Shown here piece after piece: positions 47,818 through 56,677 of a DNA stretch of 64,000 bases. Position numbers and translations under genes: made by a program. Location of the stretch: IMG/VR virus record IMGVR_UViG_3300031951_000030. One strand, written 5' to 3'. Each line of letters opens with the position of its first letter. Position 1 is the first letter of the stretch. Below the pieces are notes generated by a model. The model ran no database searches. It saw nothing but the letters and a program-made list of their open reading frames with translations, and was not told the DNA's origin. This DNA is from an uncultured virus (IMG/VR IMGVR_UViG_3300031951_000030) (taxonomy: Duplodnaviria; Heunggongvirae; Uroviricota; Caudoviricetes).

Positions 47818-47991
47818 ATGAAATACGCAATGTTACAAATCAAAAAAGAAACCCACGAACTTCTCAAAAATTATTGTGAAGAACATGGATTTAAAATGGG
47901 AAGTTTAGTTGAAAACTTAATTAAGAAACATGTTGGTGTTCCTAAAATTCAAAACGGTGTGTTAAAAGCAGATAAAATTAAATCTTTTTAA
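47818..47991 (+). CDS. 57-aa ribbon-helix-helix-like DNA-binding protein (the only credible + strand gene)
   Basis: Manual translation MKYAMLQIKKETHELLKNYCEEHGFKMGSLVENLIKKH... gives a beta-strand/helix/G-turn/helix pattern. Its stop overlaps the convergent stop (TTAA 47988-47991). Not in the ORF track. Confidence 0.78.
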   Translation: MKYAMLQIKKETHELLKNYCEEHGFKMGSLVENLIKKHVGVPKIQNGVLKADKIKSF

Positions 47992-48701
47992 TCCTCGTGT
48001 GAGTAGAATGATACTATATTATATTTAATATCATTCTTTACTTTTTCAACTTCATGGAATAAATTTTTATCAGAATCTAATACTACAAAATTAGGAAAAA
48101 TTGGATTTACTTTAATATCATTTCCATTTAAATCATGTAATATCAAATGCCCACCGTTTGATTCACCCCATTCATTATTTAAAAAATACAAAAATACACA
48201 TATTCTGTTGTTAGGTTGTCCATCATCGTGTAATTTTATTTCGCAACCTTCATTGTAAAATTGCAGTTTTGTATTTTCAGTAAATCTACCAAACGATTTT
48301 TCAGGATAGTATTTTTTTACAAAGTTTTTTTGAAAATTTCTTAATACTTCATTGTTTATTTTTCCATTTATTTCTGAATTCATAGAGGTACCAAATACCC
48401 AAGTTGGATAAAATCCACATTCTTCAATTTTTTTCAATTGATATTGATGTGCTTTATTATAAACATAATCGGCAGTATTTAAATCTTTATCATTTTTTAA
48501 ATACCCATCATACACCAATTCTTCCATATATGATTGGTCGTTGTATTTAAACCAATAATCATATCTAGAATGTCTTACAAAATTTGTATTATCTATATAA
48601 TCTTTTATTTGTTTAAACCCATCTAAATCGATTAGTTCGGAATAATCTTCCAACTTACCGTAAATGTATCCACTATTTCTGTAATTTTCTATACTTTCCA
48701 T
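47988..48701 (-). CDS. 2OG-Fe(II) oxygenase (prolyl-hydroxylase-like)
   Basis: HxD motif LHDD, LYFLNNEW....GG.L, and distal His in LFHEV. Confidence 0.85.
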   Translation of the reverse strand: MESIENYRNSGYIYGKLEDYSELIDLDGFKQIKDYIDNTNFVRHSRYDYWFKYNDQSYMEELVYDGYLKNDKDLNTADYVYNKAHQYQLKKIEECGFYPTWVFGTSMNSEINGKINNEVLRNFQKNFVKKYYPEKSFGRFTENTKLQFYNEGCEIKLHDDGQPNNRICVFLYFLNNEWGESNGGHLILHDLNGNDIKVNPIFPNFVVLDSDKNLFHEVEKVKNDIKYNIVSFYSHED

Positions 48702-51700
48702 TAGAAATTAATTTTACTATATCCATTTTCTTTTTTAATTTCAATCAATCCATCTACTATATCTCTCATTTGTTCTAAATGGGAAATTATCCATATAAAA
48801 TCAAATTGAGTTTTAAGATATTGCATCATCATAAATAGTGATGATAAATTATCTGAATCCAATGTGCCAAATCCTTCATCGATTACCAAAAAATTTGGAC
48901 GAGGTAAGTTACACACATTGATAAGAGCAACTCTAATTGCCAATCCACTAACAAATTTTTCCATACCACTACACATCTCCAATGGCCATTCTTGGTCATC
49001 ATAAACAATTTTGGCATTGATTGATTTTCCATCCATCTCCATCGTAACTCCAAAATCAACTACTTGTGCCAAAATATTATTTACCTCATTCTCAATTACA
49101 GGTAATGCTTTTGAAATTAACTCATATGGGATTCCATCTCTCTTTACTGAATCCAAATAATAGGTATACAGGCGGTTCTTTTCTTCCAATGCCTTAACAT
49201 CATTCATCTTCTGTTTTATGTCCTCTATAAACGAAGATATGGATGTAATAGAACCATTTAAATTTGTTATATCTTTATTTAATTTACTAATATCATTTGC
49301 AATAGTATTTTTTGCTTTATTTAATTCAGAAATTTCACTTTCTATTTCTTTATTTCTAGAAATAGTATCTTCATTTTCATAATACTTATCTATATTTTCA
49401 TCAATTGTATCTAATTGATTTTGTAATAATTGTTCTTTAGTTTTTAAAGCACTTAATTCTATTTGTGTTTTTTCTAAAATAATTTTACTTCTAGAGTATT
49501 TGTTTTTTAGTTCATTCCACTCATTATATTGCTCTTCAACTCCATTTAAGGAATCTAAAACACAATTGATTGCAGCAACTTCATTAAAAGTATGCTCTAC
49601 TGATATTTGCAATCCTTCTAAATCTGATTTTGCTTTTACTGCATCTTTCACAAATTCATTATCACAACAGAATTTACAATTAGGGTCATATTGGTGATTA
49701 TTTAAATGTCCAATCTTTTCTTCAGCTACTTCTAATTGTTGTTTTGCTTTTTGGTATACTTTTTCTGCTTCAACTAAATCTTTGGATTGTTTTACAAAAT
49801 CGTTATGAGCAATTTCTATATCAACTTCATTGTCATCTATTGTGAATTTACATTTTTCAAATAGGGATTGTGAAACTTCGGTAAGTAAAATTTTATGTTG
49901 TTCAATTTTACTTTCTTTTAATTCATAATCAGTTTCTGCATCTTCAATCTGTTTCGATATAGAGTTTCTTTTTGATTCTAATAAAGATAAATCAAGATTA
50001 GAATCAATTGGAGTTAATTCTCTACTTAAATTTACAATTTTATCATTTAATTCACTTACTTCCGTATTTTTATCACTTAATAATACTTCTAATCCCTTTA
50101 ATTGTGATTTTTTTTCCAATAATTCCTTACCCTTTTCGGCAAGTTCTGTTGTAAAATCTGTTTTCTTAAAGTTTTTAATCAATACGGAAACTTCTCTAAT
50201 ATCTTCAGTTGCAGTATCATATAGTTTATCAAAAATAGTTAAACCCATAAATTGTGCAAGAAGGTCTTTCCTTTCTGATTGTGATTTATCAATAAAAAGG
50301 GCATTATTACCTTGCAGTGATAGTGCAGTTAGTACAAAATCTTCATATTTTCCAACATATTGTTCAATAATTTGGTTTGTATCTCTTCTTTCGGTTCCAT
50401 TTAGTGATGTTTTAGTATCACCATCTTGTCTCCAAAATTGAACATCTACTTTTACATTTTTTCCTTTGTTAATCGTTTTAGCAGTTCTCTGAATACCATA
50501 TTCTACCCCATCTATTTGAAAATATAGTGTACAATCAAAATCCGTTTTACGATTATTTAAGATATTAGATGCTTTATATGCTCTACTACTCTTATCATAT
50601 AAACAAAACGATACTGCATCAAATAAAGAAGATTTGCCCGCTGCATTTGGGGCAAATAATCCAACTAATCCGTTTAATTTTGTAAAATCAATTTTGTTAC
50701 TTTCTCCATAACTAAACATATTTGAAAACTCAAAACGAATTGGTTTCCATTGAATGTTGCGTTGGATGTCATCTTGAACGATTCTACTATTTATATCTCT
50801 GTTAATCAATTCTAGCCCTTTTAAATCTTCAGGAACTACAAAAGGCATCATTCTCTCAATATACTCATTTATAAGTGAGTTTTGATAATTGATGTCTGAA
50901 ATATCTTCAAAGTCTAATTTGTTTAATCTATCACCTGTTTTAGATTTAGAAAGGGAATCGGTTCTAATAATTGTAAAATCCTCAACACCATATCTCATTT
51001 TAATTTCAGCCATTACTCTTTTAGTATCAGCGGAATCGGTATTAGATAAACGAACTCTCAAACGAGGTTTCTTTGGCATATCGGATACGATAGGAACTTT
51101 CCCATTATCAATATCCATAGTATAATACCCATAATCGTTTTGGATATCAACTGCTTCGTAAGTAAAAGTATCCAAATCCCAAACGAGGAACCCATGTTTA
51201 TCTAGGGTTTCACCAAAGTTTTGTTGAATAAGAGAACCAGCATAGACAACCTTACAACCTTTTGGAGAAATCATCTCTTGTCGTTTGTGAATATCACCTA
51301 ATAAGGCTAAATCGTATCCATCAAACATATCAGTTGTAAAATGACGAGATGAAACGGTGTATCCAATATCTGTTTGAGAATTATCAACTGGCCCGTGAAA
51401 TAAAGCAATCTTTTTGTTTCCAAATATAGTATTTGCTTTTGGCCAATTTGCTTTATTATCAAAGATACTGAATACCGCAAAATCTATTCCACCAATACCA
51501 TACACTTGAGTATCTTTGAGATATGTAAAGTTTGGTAAGTTTAAAGCATCTACAATTGGAGTAAGAACATCCAATCTATCAGAGTTATTCATATTACAAT
51601 CGTGATTACCTGTAATAAGGATTGTTTCACAATGTTTAGAACACTCCGTAAATAACCAACTAATCTCCCTAACTAATTCAGGAGATAATTCTAATTTAGC

Positions 51701-51859
51701 ATGAGCAATATCACCTGCTAAATAAATGATTGAATCATCCGTACCTCTTTTACGAATCTCCTCAAACATCTTTTCAAAAACCTGTCTGTACTCATTGTGT
51801 CTTTTCACATTACGGATGTGTATATCTGCAATATGATAAATCTTTTTCAATCTACTCAT
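48701..51859 (-). CDS. fused Mre11/SbcD (gp47-like) nuclease and Rad50/SbcC (gp46-like) ATPase
   Basis: Phosphoesterase motifs ADIH, GD, GNHD, FHG and GDIH. Then Walker A APNAAGKSS, a coiled coil with Zn-hook CKFC, signature CSGME, Walker B VIDEGFGTLD, and H-loop ISH. Confidence 0.93.
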   Translation of the reverse strand: MSRLKKIYHIADIHIRNVKRHNEYRQVFEKMFEEIRKRGTDDSIIYLAGDIAHAKLELSPELVREISWLFTECSKHCETILITGNHDCNMNNSDRLDVLTPIVDALNLPNFTYLKDTQVYGIGGIDFAVFSIFDNKANWPKANTIFGNKKIALFHGPVDNSQTDIGYTVSSRHFTTDMFDGYDLALLGDIHKRQEMISPKGCKVVYAGSLIQQNFGETLDKHGFLVWDLDTFTYEAVDIQNDYGYYTMDIDNGKVPIVSDMPKKPRLRVRLSNTDSADTKRVMAEIKMRYGVEDFTIIRTDSLSKSKTGDRLNKLDFEDISDINYQNSLINEYIERMMPFVVPEDLKGLELINRDINSRIVQDDIQRNIQWKPIRFEFSNMFSYGESNKIDFTKLNGLVGLFAPNAAGKSSLFDAVSFCLYDKSSRAYKASNILNNRKTDFDCTLYFQIDGVEYGIQRTAKTINKGKNVKVDVQFWRQDGDTKTSLNGTERRDTNQIIEQYVGKYEDFVLTALSLQGNNALFIDKSQSERKDLLAQFMGLTIFDKLYDTATEDIREVSVLIKNFKKTDFTTELAEKGKELLEKKSQLKGLEVLLSDKNTEVSELNDKIVNLSRELTPIDSNLDLSLLESKRNSISKQIEDAETDYELKESKIEQHKILLTEVSQSLFEKCKFTIDDNEVDIEIAHNDFVKQSKDLVEAEKVYQKAKQQLEVAEEKIGHLNNHQYDPNCKFCCDNEFVKDAVKAKSDLEGLQISVEHTFNEVAAINCVLDSLNGVEEQYNEWNELKNKYSRSKIILEKTQIELSALKTKEQLLQNQLDTIDENIDKYYENEDTISRNKEIESEISELNKAKNTIANDISKLNKDITNLNGSITSISSFIEDIKQKMNDVKALEEKNRLYTYYLDSVKRDGIPYELISKALPVIENEVNNILAQVVDFGVTMEMDGKSINAKIVYDDQEWPLEMCSGMEKFVSGLAIRVALINVCNLPRPNFLVIDEGFGTLDSDNLSSLFMMMQYLKTQFDFIWIISHLEQMRDIVDGLIEIKKENGYSKINF

Positions 51860-52797
51860 AAACTATTTATTTTATTTAATAGTAATTCTTCCGAAGTAAA
51901 CTCTTTAGTTTTATTTAGTTCTTCGTAGAATTTTTCATACCCCATATCAGCGGCATCTTTATCTTTCAAATACATCATCTTAACTTGAATTCCATTCTTT
52001 CTAAAGTATTCCGCAGCTTTTAATGCTTCATTCATCGCATCGTTATCTAATGAAATTACAATATCACTAACTCCACTCATAAAGATTTTCTCAACCAATT
52101 GTTTGGATGGAAACTTACCTAAAAGTGGAATTGCATTTCTTTTGATTGTGATTGCATCAAATACACCCTCACATAGTATAATTGGTTCATTCCAATTAAC
52201 CTGTGATTCTAAACAAATTATATTTTTACTGATTGGAGGGTTTTTGTATTTCATCTTCTCATCTGGATAATAAGAACGAGAAACAAAATAGTTTAGTAAA
52301 CCATCCGAACTGTACGATGGTATAATTATTCTCCTACTATACAACCCATCTTTGCAATAACCAATGTTATATTTAACAATTTCCTTTATACCAATTCCTC
52401 TTTGAGAAAGATAGAACATAGCATGTTTATATTCTGGATTGAATCCAGTTGGTTCATCTGCTAATGAAATAAATTCCTTTGGGAGTTGTATAAATACTCT
52501 AGTTTCAGCATCTTCTTGTTGAGGTGTCCAATTACTATCTCCGTAGATTTGTCTAATTATGGATATAGTTTGTCTATCCACATCCAACTTACGAAGTAGA
52601 GATGTAAGTTTTTTACCACCACTATTACAATTCCAACAATGCCATTTCTGACTTTCTGTATTTACTTGCAATTTAGGTTTGTGGTGGTTACAGAAAGGGC
52701 AATAAAAGGCCAATTCATTACCTTTTAAATAATTGTATGTACCCAACACATTTGATAGTGTGGATGTAACGAGATTTTTATCAGTTTGATTCAACAC
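51856..52797 (-). CDS. DNA primase (Zn-finger + TOPRIM)
   Basis: CPFC...HCWNC zinc finger, RIIIP, KYKNP, CEGVFDA, LDND and KDAAD. Confidence 0.88.
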   Translation of the reverse strand: MLNQTDKNLVTSTLSNVLGTYNYLKGNELAFYCPFCNHHKPKLQVNTESQKWHCWNCNSGGKKLTSLLRKLDVDRQTISIIRQIYGDSNWTPQQEDAETRVFIQLPKEFISLADEPTGFNPEYKHAMFYLSQRGIGIKEIVKYNIGYCKDGLYSRRIIIPSYSSDGLLNYFVSRSYYPDEKMKYKNPPISKNIICLESQVNWNEPIILCEGVFDAITIKRNAIPLLGKFPSKQLVEKIFMSGVSDIVISLDNDAMNEALKAAEYFRKNGIQVKMMYLKDKDAADMGYEKFYEELNKTKEFTSEELLLNKINSL

Positions 52798-52801
52798 AAA
52801 T

Positions 52802-52832
52802 CAAAGATAGTATAAATATTTTAGATTTACAA
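52802..52832 (-). promoter_or_regulatory. Bacteroidota-type sigma-A promoter (TTG-N20-TATCTTTG) with an ATATTTATA motif (52811-52819) inside the spacer
   Basis: Perfect TAnnTTTG at 52809-52802 and TTG at 52832-52830, upstream of the primase. Confidence 0.6.
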
Positions 52833-52837
52833 GTCTT

Positions 52838-53242
52838 TTAAAACCAATCCTCTGGAATAATCTTATCAGAGTATTTGAATCCGTTTTTATCACACCAATC
52901 TCCATACGAAGTTTTAGAGCTTTTTGTGATTTTGTTTTTTGAATTAGAAAATACGAATCTTATATCCAGTTCTGGATTTTGAGATTTAACTAACAGATGC
53001 TTTTTCCTATCAGCTGCAACAAATCTACCTTTAGTTTCTACAAAAATACCATTAGGTAATTTGAAATCAGGATTATAAGTGTGGTTCGAAGCGGGTATGA
53101 TGTAAGGAATCTTTTCAGATTCATATTTAACATCAATACCCCTCTCTTTGATTTGGCTTGAAATAGTTTCTTCAAGACCAGATTTGAATCCGTGTTTTCT
53201 AGCAACCCAACTTTTAGACTTCTTTGTAACTTTTTTAGCCAT
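52838..53242 (-). CDS. T7 endonuclease I-like Holliday junction resolvase
   Basis: FKSGLE, YNPDFKLPNGIFVETKGRF...DRKKHLLVK, DIRFVF and YGDWC. Confidence 0.92.
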   Translation of the reverse strand: MAKKVTKKSKSWVARKHGFKSGLEETISSQIKERGIDVKYESEKIPYIIPASNHTYNPDFKLPNGIFVETKGRFVAADRKKHLLVKSQNPELDIRFVFSNSKNKITKSSKTSYGDWCDKNGFKYSDKIIPEDWF

Positions 53243-53248
53243 TAAAAA

Positions 53249-53458
53249 TTATCGTTTTACTGATTCCGAATACTTTGCAAAGTTCTTTTCACCACCTCTA
53301 CCTGTTTTGAATTTTGTAGCAGTTAAAACTTGCTCATCTGCTTTTTTCAAATCATTTGTAGAATATGGAGTGTTTGCAGCTTTTCCAGCTTCGAATGAAA
53401 TCTTATCAACACCTAGTGATGTTTGTTGTGCTTTGTATAATTCTTCTAATGTTGCCAT
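53249..53458 (-). CDS. hypothetical protein (69 aa)
   Basis: Packed ORF preceded by the ATATTTATA motif at 53476-53484. Confidence 0.7.
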   Translation of the reverse strand: MATLEELYKAQQTSLGVDKISFEAGKAANTPYSTNDLKKADEQVLTATKFKTGRGGEKNFAKYSESVKR

Positions 53459-53475
53459 TTGTTTTGTAGTTTAAG

Positions 53476-53484
53476 TATAAATAT
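53476..53484 (-). promoter_or_regulatory. ATATTTATA upstream motif
   Basis: Exact intergenic copy 17 nt upstream of the ATG at 53458. Confidence 0.6.
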
Positions 53485-53488
53485 AAGA

Positions 53489-54661
53489 TTATGTGTCAAA
53501 TCGTATAATAAAGTTAACCGGAATATCTCTTTCTGATTTAATTGGTTGAGGAAGTTTAGCTACTGCAACTAAATCACAATTATCATCATATAAACCAATT
53601 GTTGTAATGAATGGTGTTAAGAAAGAACCAGTTGAATCAATAGAACTACTTAAATCGTAATGTTCAAATCCTGCAAAGTGAGTTGAAGAACTTACGGATG
53701 ATGTATAACGATAATCCAAAGTATTTCCATTTTCTAATACAGATTTTTTACGAATATATTTAACAGGTTGTTTAGAGTATACTCTATGTGTGTTTCCAGA
53801 AGAGTCAACAAATGATTCGTATTCACCACCTTCCGTTACAACTGCGGATGGGTTTTGTGAAACATTGAATTCATCTTCATTAACAATTAGCAGATATTCA
53901 TGCTCATAAATTGTTTTTGTAGATTTGAATGATACCTCCCAATTAGATATTAATACATCATTAAGTGCACGAGTGATTACAATCAAACCTTGAGTATAAA
54001 ATATATTACCAATTGAATTTGTTCCTGCTGCGCCTGATAAGAATGGTATATTATCTACTACCATTACACCACTTTCAATGTTAAAACTAACAATGTTCAT
54101 ATCATAATTCACACCATTATAAACTAAATTGAATGTTTCTGATTGAATATCAAAATCACCAACTGCAGTTTGGAAAGAAGCAGTATATGGAGAAGAAGCC
54201 AAGTCTGTAAATATGATTTCATTATCTTGAATATCTACAGATACTATAGTAATAGTATCACCTGCCGAATCTATTAAATTTCCAAAGGTATCATCTATAT
54301 ATGTTTTACCATTATCCAATAAACTGATTGAACCTTTTTTGATTCCCTCACCAACATATATCTGTGGAATAGAAATTACTTTTGCAGACCCACTTAAAAA
54401 TCTATCTCTACCTGAATCAGAGGTTTCGTATGTATTATTTTTGGAACCAAATCTCAAAAATGGATTATCTTCTAAACCATTATAAAATTGCGCTCTTAAT
54501 TGTCCGTATATAGAGTTTTTAGGATACCCGTTTGATAATTCAGATGATGATATATTGGCTTCTAAAAAAGTAATTTGATTGGAACCACTGGAAAAGTTCC
54601 ATTCTTTGTAGGCTTTGAAAGGCCTAATACTAATATCCGATTTTGGTATTCGTTTTAACAT
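53489..54661 (-). CDS. virion structural protein (tail/baseplate), C-terminal ITTIGLYD...LVAVAK motif
   Basis: C-terminal half paralogous to 54761..55996 (EFNxSxNP; ITTxGLYxDxxxLxAVAK..PI). Confidence 0.7.
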   Translation of the reverse strand: MLKRIPKSDISIRPFKAYKEWNFSSGSNQITFLEANISSSELSNGYPKNSIYGQLRAQFYNGLEDNPFLRFGSKNNTYETSDSGRDRFLSGSAKVISIPQIYVGEGIKKGSISLLDNGKTYIDDTFGNLIDSAGDTITIVSVDIQDNEIIFTDLASSPYTASFQTAVGDFDIQSETFNLVYNGVNYDMNIVSFNIESGVMVVDNIPFLSGAAGTNSIGNIFYTQGLIVITRALNDVLISNWEVSFKSTKTIYEHEYLLIVNEDEFNVSQNPSAVVTEGGEYESFVDSSGNTHRVYSKQPVKYIRKKSVLENGNTLDYRYTSSVSSSTHFAGFEHYDLSSSIDSTGSFLTPFITTIGLYDDNCDLVAVAKLPQPIKSERDIPVNFIIRFDT

Positions 54662-54667
54662 ATCACA

Positions 54668-54676
54668 TATAAATAT
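54668..54676 (-). promoter_or_regulatory. ATATTTATA upstream motif
   Basis: Exact copy between the terminator and the ATG at 54661. Confidence 0.6.
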
Positions 54677-54680
54677 AAAG

Positions 54681-54710
54681 AAATAAAAAACCCCATATTA
54701 CTATGGGGTT
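54681..54710 (-). terminator. intrinsic (Rho-independent) terminator
   Basis: AACCCCATA-GTAA-TATGGGGTT hairpin running into a TTTTTTATTT tract on the minus strand, downstream of 54761..55996. Confidence 0.85.
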
Positions 54711-54760
54711 GAAACTCCAACGAGTCGGTCCTACGAGTCTATCATAGGAGTGGTAATTTA

Positions 54761-55996
54761 TTAGAAATCTAATTTTACTTTTATAGCTACCTCTTTATCA
54801 AATGATTTAGCAATTGGTTTAGAAGTTTTTGCTACTGCTAATAATTCGTTTGCGTCATTATACAAACCAACGGTTGTAATATATACATGCGGGTCTCTCT
54901 CAAACAAAGGTTGTACAAATGCACCTACTGAACCAGTTACGAATGTAGGATTGTTAGAGAAGTTAAATTCTCTATTGTTTGCTCTTACAAAGTAATGAGA
55001 TGTAGAAACATTTTCAGTTCTACGAGCTTGGAAATCAGCTCCTTTCTTCAATGCATCATATAATTTCAATGAACCAGATACTGAACCTGATTGATGATAT
55101 AATGCGGTTGTTGAACCCGCTGCTGCTGATAATTCACCACCAACCGATGCAGAAAGTGCAGTTGGGTTTAATAAGATGATACCCATATCAGGATAGAATA
55201 AACCGTATCCTTGTTGTGTATATGTATCGGAATACTGTGCAATTGAAGCAGTTAAAGATGTTCCAATGTTTAATGCACCACTAACCATATTATAAACTCT
55301 ACCCGCAGTTGTTACATTTTCACCAGTTCCACCTGAATCATCAATTAAGGTGATATATCCAGCTGAACCTGATAGTGCAATTTGTATATTTCCTGGGTCT
55401 AATTTTTCTTTATATCTAGCTCTATTAATGTTAAGTACATAGAATGATGATAAATCATGTCCTCCTGCAGTTGAACCAGTATAAACACTAAAATATGCAT
55501 CAGCTGCATCTAACAATACATTCTTAAATTGGTTATAAACCGCAGTTGTTTGTAAATTTGAATCATCATTTTGAGATAATGTAGGTGTTCCTTTTCCATC
55601 TACATCACCATACGCAATTGAGAATTGAACCTCTGCGGAAGTGGATGATGTTGCAAGATTGTATACATCCAAATAGTATTTACCACTTACAGAGTTCAAC
55701 TGTGTCGATGATGTGAAAAAATTAGTTAATGAACCCTCATCACCACTCCATATTCCAGAAGTTACAATTTCTGTTCTGTTGGTTACCTTATCAATTGCTC
55801 CAAATTTCTTATATATACCATTTGTAATGGTGGTTATATCCGAACTAATCTGTTCACCCTGACCTAAAAATTGGTTTACAATGCTAACTAATTCATTTGT
55901 ATCGATAGGAGTACCTGCTACATTTGACTGTCCTGCCAAGTATTGAGCTATATTACTTGCTAAAAGGGCTCCTCTATTGTCTCTAATTAATGCCAT
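54761..55996 (-). CDS. virion structural protein (tail/baseplate)
   Basis: REFNFSNNPTF...YITTVGLYNDANELLAVAKTSKPI; S/T/G-rich; structural gene cluster. Confidence 0.72.
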   Translation of the reverse strand: MALIRDNRGALLASNIAQYLAGQSNVAGTPIDTNELVSIVNQFLGQGEQISSDITTITNGIYKKFGAIDKVTNRTEIVTSGIWSGDEGSLTNFFTSSTQLNSVSGKYYLDVYNLATSSTSAEVQFSIAYGDVDGKGTPTLSQNDDSNLQTTAVYNQFKNVLLDAADAYFSVYTGSTAGGHDLSSFYVLNINRARYKEKLDPGNIQIALSGSAGYITLIDDSGGTGENVTTAGRVYNMVSGALNIGTSLTASIAQYSDTYTQQGYGLFYPDMGIILLNPTALSASVGGELSAAAGSTTALYHQSGSVSGSLKLYDALKKGADFQARRTENVSTSHYFVRANNREFNFSNNPTFVTGSVGAFVQPLFERDPHVYITTVGLYNDANELLAVAKTSKPIAKSFDKEVAIKVKLDF

Positions 55997-56004
55997 AGTT
56001 TATT

Positions 56005-56628
56005 TTATTGAACGTAAGTTATCGTTACTGGTATTGTTTGTGAACCACCAGTTTCGTTACCATAAACTGTAATTGTAGTTTTGATAGTCGAAGTTAATGA
56101 TGGGTTTGGAATAAATTTAAATGTCAATCCTTTTGCAATTGCCGCAGTTGCAGATACATCATCACCAATAAATACTGGTACTGAACCTACATCGGAAGTC
56201 ACACCTTCACCTACAATATCACCTGCGTTTTTGTTAGAAAGAACAATAGTATATCCTAAACTTCTATTTCCAGCTGGGGATGTAGTTGGAGATAATGATA
56301 CCTCACCACTTCTTTGATTAACCGAAATAGTTGGTATACCGAACTCTACAACAGGAATACGAGTTGTGTTTTTAGGTAATGTTACTAATTTGTATTTCAT
56401 TACTTGAGTTTCATCAGGATTAGCTTCCAATACTGGCATACCCTTAATAGCTGCATCATAATATGCAGAACCAAGTGGGTGTGCTGGTTCGTATAAAGTG
56501 TAATCAATCTCATCATCTGCTAACGCAAATTGAGTGATGTTTAATCCTTGACCTGATGCTAATTTTTCTCTACCCTTTTTAGTAAGAATTGCATCGACAG
56601 TTAATTCGCTATTACTTAAATATCCCAT
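56005..56628 (-). CDS. virion structural protein with a tail-collar-fibre (DUF3751)-like N-terminus
   Basis: DAILTKKGREKLASG...ITQFALADDEIDY. Confidence 0.68.
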   Translation of the reverse strand: MGYLSNSELTVDAILTKKGREKLASGQGLNITQFALADDEIDYTLYEPAHPLGSAYYDAAIKGMPVLEANPDETQVMKYKLVTLPKNTTRIPVVEFGIPTISVNQRSGEVSLSPTTSPAGNRSLGYTIVLSNKNAGDIVGEGVTSDVGSVPVFIGDDVSATAAIAKGLTFKFIPNPSLTSTIKTTITVYGNETGGSQTIPVTITYVQ

Positions 56629-56650
56629 AATATTTTATTATTCTTTTGTT

Positions 56651-56659
56651 TATAAATAT
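56651..56659 (-). promoter_or_regulatory. ATATTTATA upstream motif
   Basis: Exact intergenic copy 22 nt upstream of the ATG at 56628. Confidence 0.6.
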
Positions 56660-56677
56660 AATAATTTTTAAATTTCG

